Positions 14,111-24,660 of a stretch of 46,540 nt of DNA are shown here, piece by piece. The translations under genes and the position numbers were made by a program. The stretch spans positions 1 through 46,540 of the forward strand of contig KZ538810.1 in the NCBI GenBank assembly GCA_000934665.2, given 5' to 3'. This stretch comes from Catajapyx aquilonaris (lineage: Eukaryota). The notes beneath the pieces were generated by a model. It saw only the letters and a list, made by a program, of their open reading frames with translations, was not told the DNA's origin and did not search any database. Positions within the stretch are counted from its first letter, which is position 1. Each line of letters opens with the position of its first letter.

Positions 14111-14270
14111 CTCAAGGCCACACAGATGCCATGGCATCTGTGTGGCCTTGAGTTTCAATGGGAAAGGTCACAGGCGTTTCAGATTTGACCTCATCTTTGT
14201 GTTGGTGCACCAACACAAAGATGAGGTCAAATCTGAAACGCCTGTCGGCCTGTGACCTTTCCCATTGAAA
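14111..14270. repeat. Two adjacent spacer-less perfect palindromes
   Basis: 14111..14152 is a perfect 42-bp palindrome. 14170..14245 is a perfect 76-bp palindrome that extends to 14153..14270 with one 8-nt bulge. Confidence 0.95.
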
Positions 14271-14844
14271 GTTACCCACAGCAGACCAACATTTCACTTT
14301 TTCTAGGGTGCTTCATAATTATTCATTAGCATCGAGAAGGGAACAAACATACCCAATATCCATCCATCCGCATAGTTTAGCGCCGCCACCCATGGCGTTC
14401 CGTACTTTCAGATCCCCAATTCCGTCCCGCCCCGGCAAAAAGTGACCTACAATGCCTATACAGAAAACGAATATGCGGGGAAACTTCCCACCTTGCATAG
14501 TGGGAAATGAAAACCAGCCACTACGCAAAAGTCGCGTTTTGGCCCTTTACAGAGACGACCAGAAGTCCAGAACACGTTCCTGTTTTCCCCTGCTCGATGC
14601 GAACGTTTCCGATGTTTGAGCGCTGTCAGTAACCGTCCATGGCTATACTTCTGGGACGGTTCCAAAGACTAGTGGGGTCGGAAGTCACAATAATATTTCA
14701 CTTCTGGCAGAGAAGATGCCATTTACGGTGCTGATACTACATCCCTCCCTGAACGTAAATAGCCCCAGACCCCAAGTATTTAGTCTCTAATTAGCCCGTA
14801 ATTAATTCATCAAAATTGCGATCATCAGGAATAATATATTTCGG

Positions 14845-14996
14845 AAAGGGGGTAACCACTTCGGTACTCCGGTGTACGTACACCTGCAAGTGGTACTCCC
14901 AGGTACTCCTTAGGTACCTTACTCTCTGGTACTCCTTAGTACGCCTTGAATTTGATACTCCAGTGTACACTTTTCAGTCGAGTGGTTGCCCCCTTG
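14845..14996. mobile_element. MITE with 8-bp TSD (hAT/P-type), copy 1
   Basis: TSD TATTTCGG at 14837..14844 and 14997..15004. Absent from the partner TIR arm near 18240. Homologous to 16383..16537. Confidence 0.85.
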
Positions 14997-15476
14997 TATT
15001 TCGGAATCCCGCTCTTATTTATAGCTATTTATCATGTATGTCATGTTGTTTTCACAAAAGTTGTAGTTCAAGACTGCATTGAAATATTTAATAATTTTAA
15101 AGGCCCATTTTGTCATTATAACATTAAATCTGGCCGCCAAAAGTCGGAAAATAAACTTTTTAGCTACATGGTCATGTTTGGTATGAAATAATTATGTTTT
15201 GCGGGTGCAGAATTAAGTGATGGCACCGAAAATAGTACCAGACAATCCCAGAAGTAATAGAGTGAAACCTGTCTATAACTGACCCTGCTTATAGCGGAAA
15301 CTTGTGTCCATTACGGAAATTTTTTAGGGTATCGATTCTGCTATACACAGGTTTCATTGTAATAAACTCTTTGAAAATATGTACCTATGTTTTCATTTTA
15401 CACAGACCGTCAGACACTAGAAGTGGAATTAATTATACAGCTATAATGTGCATTTCGGAAAGATAAGATGTGTTTA

Positions 15477-15477
<1 letters not shown>

Positions 15478-15546
<69 letters not shown>
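15478..15546. repeat. (TTA)23 microsatellite inside the left Academ-like arm
   Basis: The partner arm has (TAA)7 at 17768..17788. Confidence 0.95.
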
Positions 15547-15652
15547 GTCCGAGCACCCCATCCGACCACTGGGTAATGCAATCAGAACCATTAGTAAACA
15601 TCATTTCTTGAACATTAACCTTCACATGAGCGTAACAGGGCTGTAACAGGGT

Positions 15653-15975
15653 GCATTTTTTAAAAAATAATTCGGGGTAGTGCTTGACCTCATCTGAGGT
15701 ATGCAGCACGGACCTTTATTTATTATGTCAAGTACATTTGGAGCCTATTTATACGTAACGCCCGGGCCCACGGGCAGGATGACAGGAGGGGATGTGCAAG
15801 GTGCAGTGCAATGCCTTATCCGTGGCCATTTTTAGTGAACTCCCCGGGTCTGTGGAAATACCACCCGAGACGAAGCCAGAGGTGACCCTGAACTCTGCAC
15901 GAGATGAAGGGGGATCGAACCCGGGACCTTAACATCCGTGGGCGCATACGTTACCGCAGCACCACTCCGCCTCCC
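15653..15975 (-). mobile_element. tRNA-derived SINE (family 2)
   Basis: Minus-strand head GGGAGGCGGAGTGGTGCTGCGG (A-box-like) ... GGTTCGATCC (B-box). Flanked by GTAACAGGGT at 15643..15652 and 15977..15986, and absent from the partner TIR arm. Relatives at ~38100..38225 and 42402..42791. Confidence 0.8.
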
Positions 15976-16382
15976 CGTAACAGGGTAGGCTACATTGAAA
16001 TAAGTTTCTCGCAATTTTACATAAAGAGCACCGTTTCTTGCAGGGTCCACCTGCGATCAGTTCCTCTGAGATTTTCGCGACATCTGCAATGGTTGACCCT
16101 GTTTTACCACAGCCACAAATAGCCGTCTAGATTTTTTCCATCCCCAAGTAGCCTATCTGGTGGTGGAGGTTTGAAGTCTTGATCTACGTATAGACAATGC
16201 TTTCACATCAGAGTATGTGGGGTAGGCCTATACATAGGGCCTAGCTCGCTTCACATTCATGCCTATAGTGTACGAATATACCGCACACTAAAATCAGAAC
16301 ACGTCTACAGTCATTGACTCTGTTGAAATGTGACGTTATATCGGAAAGAATAACAACAAATCTTCTTACTGTAAGTGTAACA

Positions 16383-16537
16383 CAAGGGGTTAACCACTTA
16401 CGTACTCCGCTGTACACCTATACAGTGGTGTAGCCCTACTCCCAGGTACAGAGGTACTCCTTAGGTACCTTATTCTTTGGTACTCCTTGAATTTGGTACT
16501 TCAGAGTACACTTTACAGTCGAGTGGTTAACCCCTTG
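16383..16537. mobile_element. MITE with 8-bp TSD (hAT/P-type), copy 2
   Basis: Perfect 16-bp TIR CAAGGGGTTAACCACT; TSD GTGTAACA at 16375..16382 and 16538..16545. Confidence 0.92.
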
Positions 16538-16717
16538 GTGTAACAAACCCATCTTCTGGATACTCGTCTGCCAACAACTGTTCTTCAAATGCACTGTTGA
16601 CATATGGAAGGCCATCCATACTTTCCACGCTCCTTTTTTAAAACTATACGCCACAGACTGCAGGGGCAGTTAGACTATTGCATACTGTGTTTGAAAGAAT
16701 ATATCGTAGAATGATAG

Positions 16718-16849
16718 TGCCTGATTGCACCAACAGAATTACCGATCCGATAGCTCCTTAGAGATCGTTAATACATGTTAAAATAACGGTGGCCCAACGA
16801 TCTGTTATAGGAGCTATCGGATCGGTAATTCTGGTGGTGCAATCAGGCA
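16718..16849. mobile_element. Hairpin MITE with 3-bp TSD (PIF/Harbinger-like)
   Basis: TAG|TGCCTGATTGCACCA.CAGAATTACCGATCCGATAGCTCCT ... AGGAGCTATCGGATCGGTAATTCTG.TGGTGCAATCAGGCA|TAG. Confidence 0.85.
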
Positions 16850-16869
16850 TAGGCATATTGCTGCAGATA

Positions 16870-17136
16870 GAGGGCGACACGGTGGCCGAGCGGTTAGCGC
16901 CGCAGCCTTCCACCTCTAAGGTCCCGAGTTCGATCCCCGGGTCGGACGGAGGATACTTATGTGGATAGAGTTTCGATGGGTTCTCTCCGTGTTCGCGTGG
17001 GTTTTCTCGGGGTTCTCCCGTTTCCTCCCACTATCAAAATCCATCACATTACAGGCAAATTATTGAAGTCGGGTATTCAAAAGATGATCCCCTAAGAGGC
17101 CCAAGGGGCCTATCACGGGGTATCCATTATTATTAT
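16870..17136 (+). mobile_element. Full-length tRNA-derived SINE with V-domain-like core (family 1)
   Basis: A-box TGGCCGAGCGG (16883), B-box GTTCGATCC (16928), core TTCTCTCCGTGTTCGCGTGGGTTTTCTCGGGGTTCTCCCGTTTCCTCCCAC and (ATT)n tail. Exact 16-bp TSD CATATTGCTGCAGATA at 16854..16869 and 17137..17152. Confidence 0.92.
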
Positions 17137-18730
17137 CATATTGCTGCAGATATCAGGTGGCAGTATAGACAACACAGCACATGAACAGTAATCAATATTC
17201 CTTCCTTCTACCTCTACAAAAGTCATTCCAAAGTTCTTGCATATTTTCCATTTCTATAAAGGCGGATGCAGCCACGACAACGACGTCTGAATCCAGAGTA
17301 ACTATACCTATGATGATGTAGTCATGGCCGTTTTAGCTGCATGCTTCACTTGGAGGAGGTAGACATAATTATGCTTCTTCATGCCATGAGGGTAAAATGT
17401 CAGACGCATGAAACTCTGCTTCACATATTAAAATAACTATCAGGAGTGCCCCCAAACCCATTTCCTTCGTAGGCCTACTGTTCACCTGTGATAATTTGTG
17501 TTGCCAAAAGTGAAATACCTGTTTTTTGTTCTCATCTACTTGTAGCAACTCAATGAAATTCCTCGGGATTGTTGTGGATGGTTTCACTCGGATCTTAATG
17601 TGGAAGCATGATATTGTCAACAGATCAAGGCTTCATACCGCGAAAAAATTCGCGAGAAACTTATTTCAATGTACCCTGTTACGCTCATGTGAACGTCAAT
17701 GCTCAAGAAATGATGTTTACGAATGGTTCTGATTGCATTACCCAGTGGTCGGATGGGGTTCTCGGACTAATAATAATAATAATAATAACTAAACACATCT
17801 ATCCTAAATGCACATTAGCTGTAGGCCTATAATTAATTCCACTTCTAGTGTCTGACGGTCTGTGTAAAATGAAAACCTAGGTACATGTTTTCAAAGAGTT
17901 TATTACAATGAAACCTGTGTAGACTATAGCAGAATCGAGACCCTAAACGTTATAGACAGGTTTCACTGTATTACTTCTGGGATTGTCTGGTAGCCTACTA
18001 TTTTCGGTGCCACCACTGAATTCTGCACCCTCAAAAACATAATTATGATTTCATACCAAACATGACCATGTAGCTAAAAGGTTTATTTTCCGACTTTTGG
18101 CGGCCATATTTAATGTTATAATGATAAAATGGGCCTTTAAAATTACCTATTTAATATTTCAATGCAGTCTTGAACTCCAACTTGTGTGAAAATAGCATGA
18201 CACACATGATAAATACCTATAAATAAGAGCGGGATTCCGAAATATATTATTCCTGATGACCGCCAATTTTGATGAATTAATTACGGGATAATTAGAGCCT
18301 AAAAACTTGGCGTCTGGTGCTATTTACGTTCAGGAAGGGATGTAGTATCAGCACCGTAAATGGCATCTTCTCTGCCAGAAGTGAAATATTCTGTCACCAT
18401 TTCGGACGTTCCGACCCCACTATTCAGGTTGATGGGGCTAGTGCGGGCTAGTGGCATTGGATTAAGCGGTCTAGTTTTTCTATGTCATTGGTGGTACCTT
18501 GGTACACATACTGTACTGCCATCTGGCGGACCATATTCATACTCACGTGCGCTCACGTGATCGAACCAACCAACTGAGTTTCATTAATTAGTATTAATAA
18601 GTTTAATATAAGCATCAAGATGTAATGTAAAAATGACTCAAATCGGATTTTAAGCAGACAAGTGTAAAACAAAGACCTACAGTTGTACTATGGTTGTACC
18701 TGTTGGCTCCCAACCTCCCATGTCCCATGC

Positions 18731-20344
18731 GCATAATTTCCTTATCCACATAGGTTGGCGAGCCGATGCCGAATCCAAGAGCTTCGGCAAAATGCCGCCA
18801 GGTGGCTGCAAACAAAAAAGGACAAAATGCGGGTTTTGCGATGGCGCGCGTTGCATATACTTATAATTTTAACAGCAACCATTTAGCCCGCTATTATGGG
18901 CAGCATATTGACAATAACATATAATACATAATTATTATTATTATGTGTTTGCGCGGCAGATTTGAATGCGCCAAGACTGATTTCCTTCTTACTCCACCTG
19001 CAACGCGGGTTCCGGTGCGACCAAACATACTGGGTGCGACAAACGGTCATGTCATTGGTGACCCAAGGTGATGCCATCCCCACGTGATGTCCAGGTGATG
19101 CCATGTTAATATTCAGATCACATAATGCCCGGTGGAAATAATAAAACATGCCCTTACCAAAATTTCAGAACACCTCGAGGTCGTGTTTGCAGCGCACCAT
19201 CGCAGGTAGACCCACTTTATATTGTTGTAAAAGGCAGAGGAACTTTAACACATAATTTGCAACATTTTTCTAATAATACTTTTATTTTCTTACTCTCATT
19301 GCCCCACCGAAACATTTGAATCTATGCATGTAGATAAGGTGGAGTGCGGCCTAACTTCGCGTTTCCCTAGTCATGCTCTTTTGACGATTGCGGTTGGCCT
19401 TCGGGCCGCCCTAACCTCACACCCTACAAAGTGGCTTGCCGTTATAGTAATTTGCCGCTTTTTTACAGAATTTTTTTACGTTTTTTGAAAACCGGCCGCC
19501 ATCTTGGGTCCTAAGGGACGAAAAAGATGGCGCCACGGGCAAAATCGCTTATTTTGGTCTAAACTACAATCCTGCAAAGCGGCTTGCTTTTATCACGATT
19601 TGCCGCTTTTTAATGGAATCTCGAACGTACCGCCCCCACTGGGGATGTCTCTTTCGTCTCGCGTCTGCTGTTGGTTGGGTATGGATCTTTCCTCGCTTGC
19701 ATCGTCCTTTTGCTGATTGTCCTGGCATGTTGGCAAATGTGTGCAAGCCACACTCCTTATCTACATGCATTGATTCAAATGTTTCGGTGGGGCATTGAGA
19801 GCAAGAAAATAAAAATATAACTGGAAAAATGTTGCAAATCATGTGTTAAAGTTCCTCTGCCTTTTACAGCAATAAAAAGTGGGTCTACCTGCGATGCGAT
19901 GGTGCGCTGCAAACACGACCTCGAGGTGTTCTGAAATTTTCGTAAGGGCATGTTTTATTATATCCACCGGGCGTTATGTGACCTGAATATTAACATGGCA
20001 TCACCTGGACATCACGTGGGCATGGCATCACCTTGGGTCACCAATGACATGACCGTTTGTCGCACCGGAACACGCGTTACAGGTGGGGTAAGAAAGAAAT
20101 CAGTCTTGGCGCATTCAAATCTGCCGCGCAAAGACATAATTATTATGTTTTATATGTTATGGTCAATATGCTGCCCATAATAGCGGGCTAAATGGTTGCT
20201 GTTAAAATTATAAGTATATGCAACGTGCGCCATCGCAAAAACCCGCATTTTGTCCTATTTTATTTGCAGCCACCTGGCGGCATTTATCCGAAGCTCGTGG
20301 ATTCGGCATCGGCTCGCCAACCTATGTGGATAAGGAAATTATGC
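18731..20344. mobile_element. Foldback element with ~600-bp TIRs and ~400-bp spacer
   Basis: 18731..~19350 is the reverse complement of ~19747..20344 (GCATAATTTCCTTATCCACATAGG at both ends). The peptide DLNINMASPGHHVGMASPWVTND appears on both strands. No TSD or transposase seen. Confidence 0.85.
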
Positions 20345-20628
20345 ATTCGATTCAGAACGCGAGGGACGAAGGAGAATCCTTACCTCTGGTTGTTTACAGC
20401 TCTGTAGGGTCATGGAAACAGATGGAACAACAATGGGAAAGGGAAAAACCCGAATTTTTGGGGGGAGGGCTTTTTATACTCGACGAAATGCGGTGTTTGG
20501 ACTTTTCCCGGGGTCAGTGATATATAAGACATGGCTGTGAGAAATTTGAGCGCTCTCCGTACCCGGGAAGTGGCTTAATTAGGCGTGATAAATAAATGTA
20601 CAAATTTTGAGCTTTATATATATGGGGA
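20345..20628 (-). mobile_element. Helitron-like 5' fragment
   Basis: Minus strand begins A|TCCCCATATATATAAAG. Shares TTTATCACG..CACTTCCCGGGTA..GAGAGC..AAATTT.TCACA.CCATGTCTTAT with 37749..38050. No 3' end found. Confidence 0.45.
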
Positions 20629-21121
20629 TGCCACTGCAAGTACGGCTTATCGAGTTGATTTAATAAAAGTCAGTGTGTGTGTCAGATGTGTCTATGTACA
20701 GAGCAGAGGTTTTCTGATAGGGGAAATATAATTGGTGCAAAATAATCGCAAAATTACATCGCATTTTAAGCAAATGGCACACCCCACTATTCTCTATGGA
20801 ACCTATTATATCTGCGCTTGCATCGGACTATAGAAAAACTCGCTCAGGGCGACGTGCAGTCTTTGCCATGGCCACAACAAAGGTCAATACTGTTGGGGTG
20901 ATCCAACACAGCAACACCAAGATGAAGGGCTAATCCAGCAGTTGAGCCCAACATGCTACCATTGCCAGATTGGGCATACAGGCAAGCATGGACAGTTGTA
21001 GGGTAAAGCGCACGGTCTCCCTTTTCTAAATAGCAGCCAAATATTTCACAAAGAAATCCTGTATATGAATTCACATAAGTTCAGTGGGATTACAAAGATT
21101 TTTTTTTTTTCCTGGCACACC

Positions 21122-23329
21122 TCACGAGCAAATGGTTTTTCTCCAGGTATGAACTCGCATGTGAATTTTCAAATTACTTGAATCATGAAAAGTTTTCTGG
21201 CAGACCTCACAAGTAAATGGTTTTTCTCCCGTATGAATATGCATGTGAGTTTTCAAACTATATGAATCTCGAAACTTTTTCTGGCACACCTCACAGGTGA
21301 ACGGTTTCTCTCCTGTATGAATGCGCATGTGAGTTTCAAAAGTACCAGAATGGCGAAATATTTTCTGGCACACCTCACAAGTGAATGGCTTTTCTCCTGT
21401 ATGAGTTTCCATGTGCTTTTTCAAAGTGTGTAAATAATTAAATTTTTTCAGGCACACATCACATTGAAAGGGTTTCTCTCCTGTGTGAATTCGCATGTGA
21501 GTTTTCAAGTAACGAACATGATTAAATTTCTTCAGGCACACCTCACAAGTAAAAGCGTTTTCTCCTGTATGAATTCGCATGTGAGTTTTTAAACTTATTG
21601 AATCATGAAACTTTTTCTTGCACACCTCGCAACTAAATGGTTTTTCTCCTGTGTGAATTCGCATCTGATGAGCTTTCAAATTACTTGAATTACTGAATTT
21701 TTTGTGGCACACGTCACAAGTAAATGGTTTTTCTTCCGAATGAATTCGAATGTGATTTTTCAAACCACATAAATGATGAAATTTTTTCAGGCACACCTCA
21801 CAAGTCAGTGGTTTTTCTCCTGTATGAGTTTTCATGTGCTTTTTCAAATTCTGTAAATTATTAAATTTTTTCAGGCACACGTCACAAGTAAATGCTTTTT
21901 CTTCCGAATGAATTCGAATGTGATTTTTCAAACCAGATAAATGATGAAATTTTTTCAGGCACACCTCACAACTAAATGGTTTTTCTCCTGTATGAATTCG
22001 CATGTGAGATTTTAAACTTCTTGAATCATAGAACTTTTTCTTGCACACCTCACAACGAAATGGTTTTTCTCCTGTATGAATTCGCACGTGAGATTTTAAA
22101 CATCTTGAATCATAGAACTTTTTCTTGCACACCTCACAACTAAATGGTTTTTCTCCTGTATGAATTCGCATGTGAGATTTTAAACTACCTGAATCATAGA
22201 ACTTTTTCTTGCACACCTCACAAATAAATGGTTTTTCTCCTGTGTGAATTCGCATCTGATGAGCTTTCAAATTACTTGAATTACTGAATTTTTTGTGGCA
22301 CACGTCACATGTAAATGGGTTTTCTCCCGTATGAATTAGCATGTGATTTTTCAAATTACGTAAATGACGGAATTTTTTCTGGCACACCTCACAAGTAAAT
22401 AAGTTTTCTCCTGTATGACTTCGTATGTGCCGCTTCAAACCACTTGAATCACGAAATTTTTTCGGGCACACCTTACAAGGAAATGGTTTTTCTCCTGTGT
22501 GAATTCGCATGTGAGTTTTCAAATTACCCAGTTGACTAATTTTTTTTTGGCACACCTCACAAGCGAATGGCTTTTCCCCTGTATGAGTTTGCACGTGCAT
22601 TTTCAACGTAGCTGAATCACGAAACTTTTTCTGGCAGGCCTCACAGGGGAATGGTTTTTCTCCCGTATGCTTTCGCATGTGAGTTTTCAAACTGGATAAA
22701 TTATGAAACTTTTTCTGACACATGTCACAAGTAATTGGTTTGCCTCCTGTATGAATTCGCATGTGATATTTCAAATGAGGTAAACTGCGCCATTTTTTCT
22801 GACACACCTCACAAGTAAAAGGTTTTTCTTCAGAATGAGTTCGCAAGTGAGATTTCAAACAAGGGGAATCACGAAACTTTTTCTGGCAAACGTCACAAGA
22901 AAAAGGTTTTTCTTCTGAATGAATTCGCATGTGAGATTTCAAACAAGGTGAATCACGAAACTTTTTCTGGCATACCTCACAAGTATACGGTTTGTTTATG
23001 GTGTGAACTAGCATGTGAGTCTTCAAACTGTATGAACAACTTAATTTTTTCTGGCACACCTCACAATGAAATGATCTTTCTCGTCGTGTATGACTTTGCC
23101 TGTGATTGTTCAACTGACTTGCACCAGAAAATGTTTTCTGGCATACATCACAAATAAATTGTTTGTCTCCTGCGTGAAATCGCATGTGAGTTTTCAAATT
23201 ATGTGAATCATGAAATTCCTTCTGGCATATTTTACACTCAAAAGACCTTCTTCCATCATATAATACCCTGCTCCTTTCCTCTTGTATCTCTCTAGCTTCT
23301 ACTCCATCTTCAGTTCTCACTTGCACAAC
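21122..23329 (-). CDS. Unit A zinc-finger exon: 25 tandem C2H2 fingers
   Basis: 734-aa ORF of CxxC-x12-HxxxH units with TGEKP linkers. Acceptor TTCCAG|GTT at 23330, phase 0. Splices in frame with 23941..24201 to give ~822 aa. A frameshifted 26th finger follows. Confidence 0.93.
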   Translation of the reverse strand, partial: VVQVRTEDGVEAREIQEERSRVLYDGRRSFECKICQKEFHDSHNLKTHMRFHAGDKQFICDVCQKTFSGASQLNNHRQSHTRRERSFHCEVCQKKLSCSYSLKTHMLVHTINKPYTCEVCQKKFRDSPCLKSHMRIHSEEKPFSCDVCQKKFRDSPCLKSHLRTHSEEKPFTCEVCQKKWRSLPHLKYHMRIHTGGKPITCDMCQKKFHNLSSLKTHMRKHTGEKPFPCEACQKKFRDSATLKMHVQTHTGEKPFACEVCQKKISQLGNLKTHMRIHTGEKPFPCKVCPKKFRDSSGLKRHIRSHTGENLFTCEVCQKKFRHLRNLKNHMLIHTGENPFTCDVCHKKFSNSSNLKAHQMRIHTGEKPFICEVCKKKFYDSGSLKSHMRIHTGEKPFSCEVCKKKFYDSRCLKSHVRIHTGEKPFRCEVCKKKFYDSRSLKSHMRIHTGEKPFSCEVCLKKFHHLSGLKNHIRIHSEEKAFTCDVCLKKFNNLQNLKKHMKTHTGEKPLTCEVCLKKFHHLCGLKNHIRIHSEEKPFTCDVCHKKFSNSSNLKAHQMRIHTGEKPFSCEVCKKKFHDSISLKTHMRIHTGENAFTCEVCLKKFNHVRYLKTHMRIHTGEKPFQCDVCLKKFNYLHTLKKHMETHTGEKPFTCEVCQKIFRHSGTFETHMRIHTGEKPFTCEVCQKKFRDSYSLKTHMHIHTGEKPFTCEVCQKTFHDSSNLKIHMRVHTWRKTICS

Positions 23330-23424
23330 CTGGAATGAGTAATTATATTATATCAATTTTTATTTTGTGGTGTGGAAGGCATGTCTGGATATAAACGATC
23401 AAGAGATTGTCTCACATGTATAAT

Positions 23425-23495
23425 ATTATAATAATAATGGATACCCCGTGATAAGCCTCCTTAGGCTTTTTAGGGGATCATCGTTTAATTGACCG
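23425..23495 (-). mobile_element. 3' fragment of SINE family 1 in the unit A intron
   Basis: ATAATAATGGATACCCCGTGATA..TTAGGGGATCATC is the reverse complement of ~17082..17136. Confidence 0.75.
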
Positions 23496-23940
23496 ACATT
23501 AATCATAGCTGTAGCTCTTGGTAATAGTAACATGGAGCAAAGGAAGCTAAAGGCTGACCAATATAAGAGCTATTAAGTCTGCTTGACCTTGCAAAACTAA
23601 CCATATGGAACCCAAGAACCCAACCAAGTGGCTAGCACAGCCTGTAATATAAATGTAAGTAATATTTCAAGCAATGAAAAATAAAAAGAATATGTAATTT
23701 ATTCTAATGAAGCCGTGTTTGTTCTCCCTTCCTAGAAATTCTTTCACTAATTTATTTATCACGTTTTTAAAATGGACACGATGCTCCCTTTATAACGTCG
23801 ACAACTTTGATGTATCAGGTCAGGCAACCATCTGTCGGATTGCACGCATTGTGTAAGTTCATGAAATAATGGCTGCGGCACACCCTTAGTACGGCTGCAA
23901 CAGGTCTTGCTCATGTTACACGTGTTTGAAGGTGACATAC

Positions 23941-24201
23941 CCCACTAGTCCTTCCTGAACCTCCTGCCAAAGGGTCATCCTCATCTTCTTCCACCTTGGG
24001 AACGGCCACCACCATCTCCTCCTCCTCTACTTCCTCCTTCTTGATCTCGAGGAGAGTGTCTTCCATGAGCGCAGTAGACTCACTGTCCAACCATGGTGGT
24101 GGTGCTTCCTCCTCCTTCACCCGCAGCCTCCAGCTCTCCTCGTCCACTGTGATGTCCTCCTTCACTTCCTCCTCCTTCTTTATCCTCAGGATCAAAGACA
24201 T
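23941..24201 (-). CDS. Unit A acidic N-terminal exon (87 codons)
   Basis: TTGCAG|GGCCATG acceptor and start; MSLILRIKKEEEVKEDITVDEESWRLRVKEE..DPLAGGSGRTSG; donor GGG|GTATGT, phase 0. Confidence 0.85.
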
Positions 24202-24504
24202 GGCCCTGCAATACACAAGGAGTGGAGGTCATGTCATGGTGTCAAGTGTTGCATCCCCAATCATGGTGGGTGAAGAGCAGGAGGGACACTTTCTCTCTGG
24301 GGTGTGGGCCTGGCCCCAGGGGCAGAACTTGTCGGGAATTATTCTTTTTCTAAAGGAGTGACCCCCACCGATGAGGGGCCTGCCCGTCCCATATCCCTTC
24401 CACTCACCCTTCTCCTTCTTCCAACTATTGTTCTGAACCCTCCTTCCTGCCAAACCAGCCAGAGAGGCACACAGATTGAAGGCCACCAACGAAGGCCACT
24501 AGTC

Positions 24505-24660
24505 TAGAGCGGCCATCTTTCATTCCCTCCTCTTCTAATCGTTTCCTTTTCTTATTTATGCAAATTAGGGGTGCGTTCCTACCCCCACACCAGAGTGGGG
24601 GACGGGCTTATGCGCTGTTGCTCTCCTCCTTCAATAACAATCGCTGCTACTCTTCCATAG
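24505..24660 (-). promoter_or_regulatory. Putative promoter/TSS block of unit A
   Basis: GCGGCCATCTT (YY1/Pho-like) and ATGCAAAT octamer at 24558, followed by GGGGTGCGTTCCT. The same block precedes units B, C and E. Candidate exon-1 donor GTGAGT at 24407..24402. Confidence 0.6.

Larger units (their letters stand above)
14670..18422 (-). mobile_element. Decayed, internally deleted Academ-like DNA transposon with long TIRs
   Basis: Termini TAGTGGGGTCGGAA ... TTCCGACCCCACTA. Arms ~14670..16020 (with two insertions) and ~17645..18422. Minus-strand remnants IPRNFIELLQVDENKKQVFHF, HEEA*, DSDVVVV, ELW and KKGAWKVW resemble the XPG/PIN-like domain of AcademX proteins. No clear TSD. Confidence 0.7.

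Noticed and set aside
16870..16945. tRNA-like sequence with A and B boxes (also at ~15900..15975 and ~42710..42790)
   Set aside because: These are SINE heads followed by body, tail and TSD, not tRNA genes.
21122..23329. 84-nt periodic repeat resembling a CRISPR array or minisatellite
   Set aside because: The periodicity is the 28-codon C2H2 finger unit in a eukaryotic ORF.
23996..24361. Ser-rich plus-strand ORFs (also at 30663, 31094, 35084 and 43463)
   Set aside because: Antisense shadows of the Glu-rich exons.
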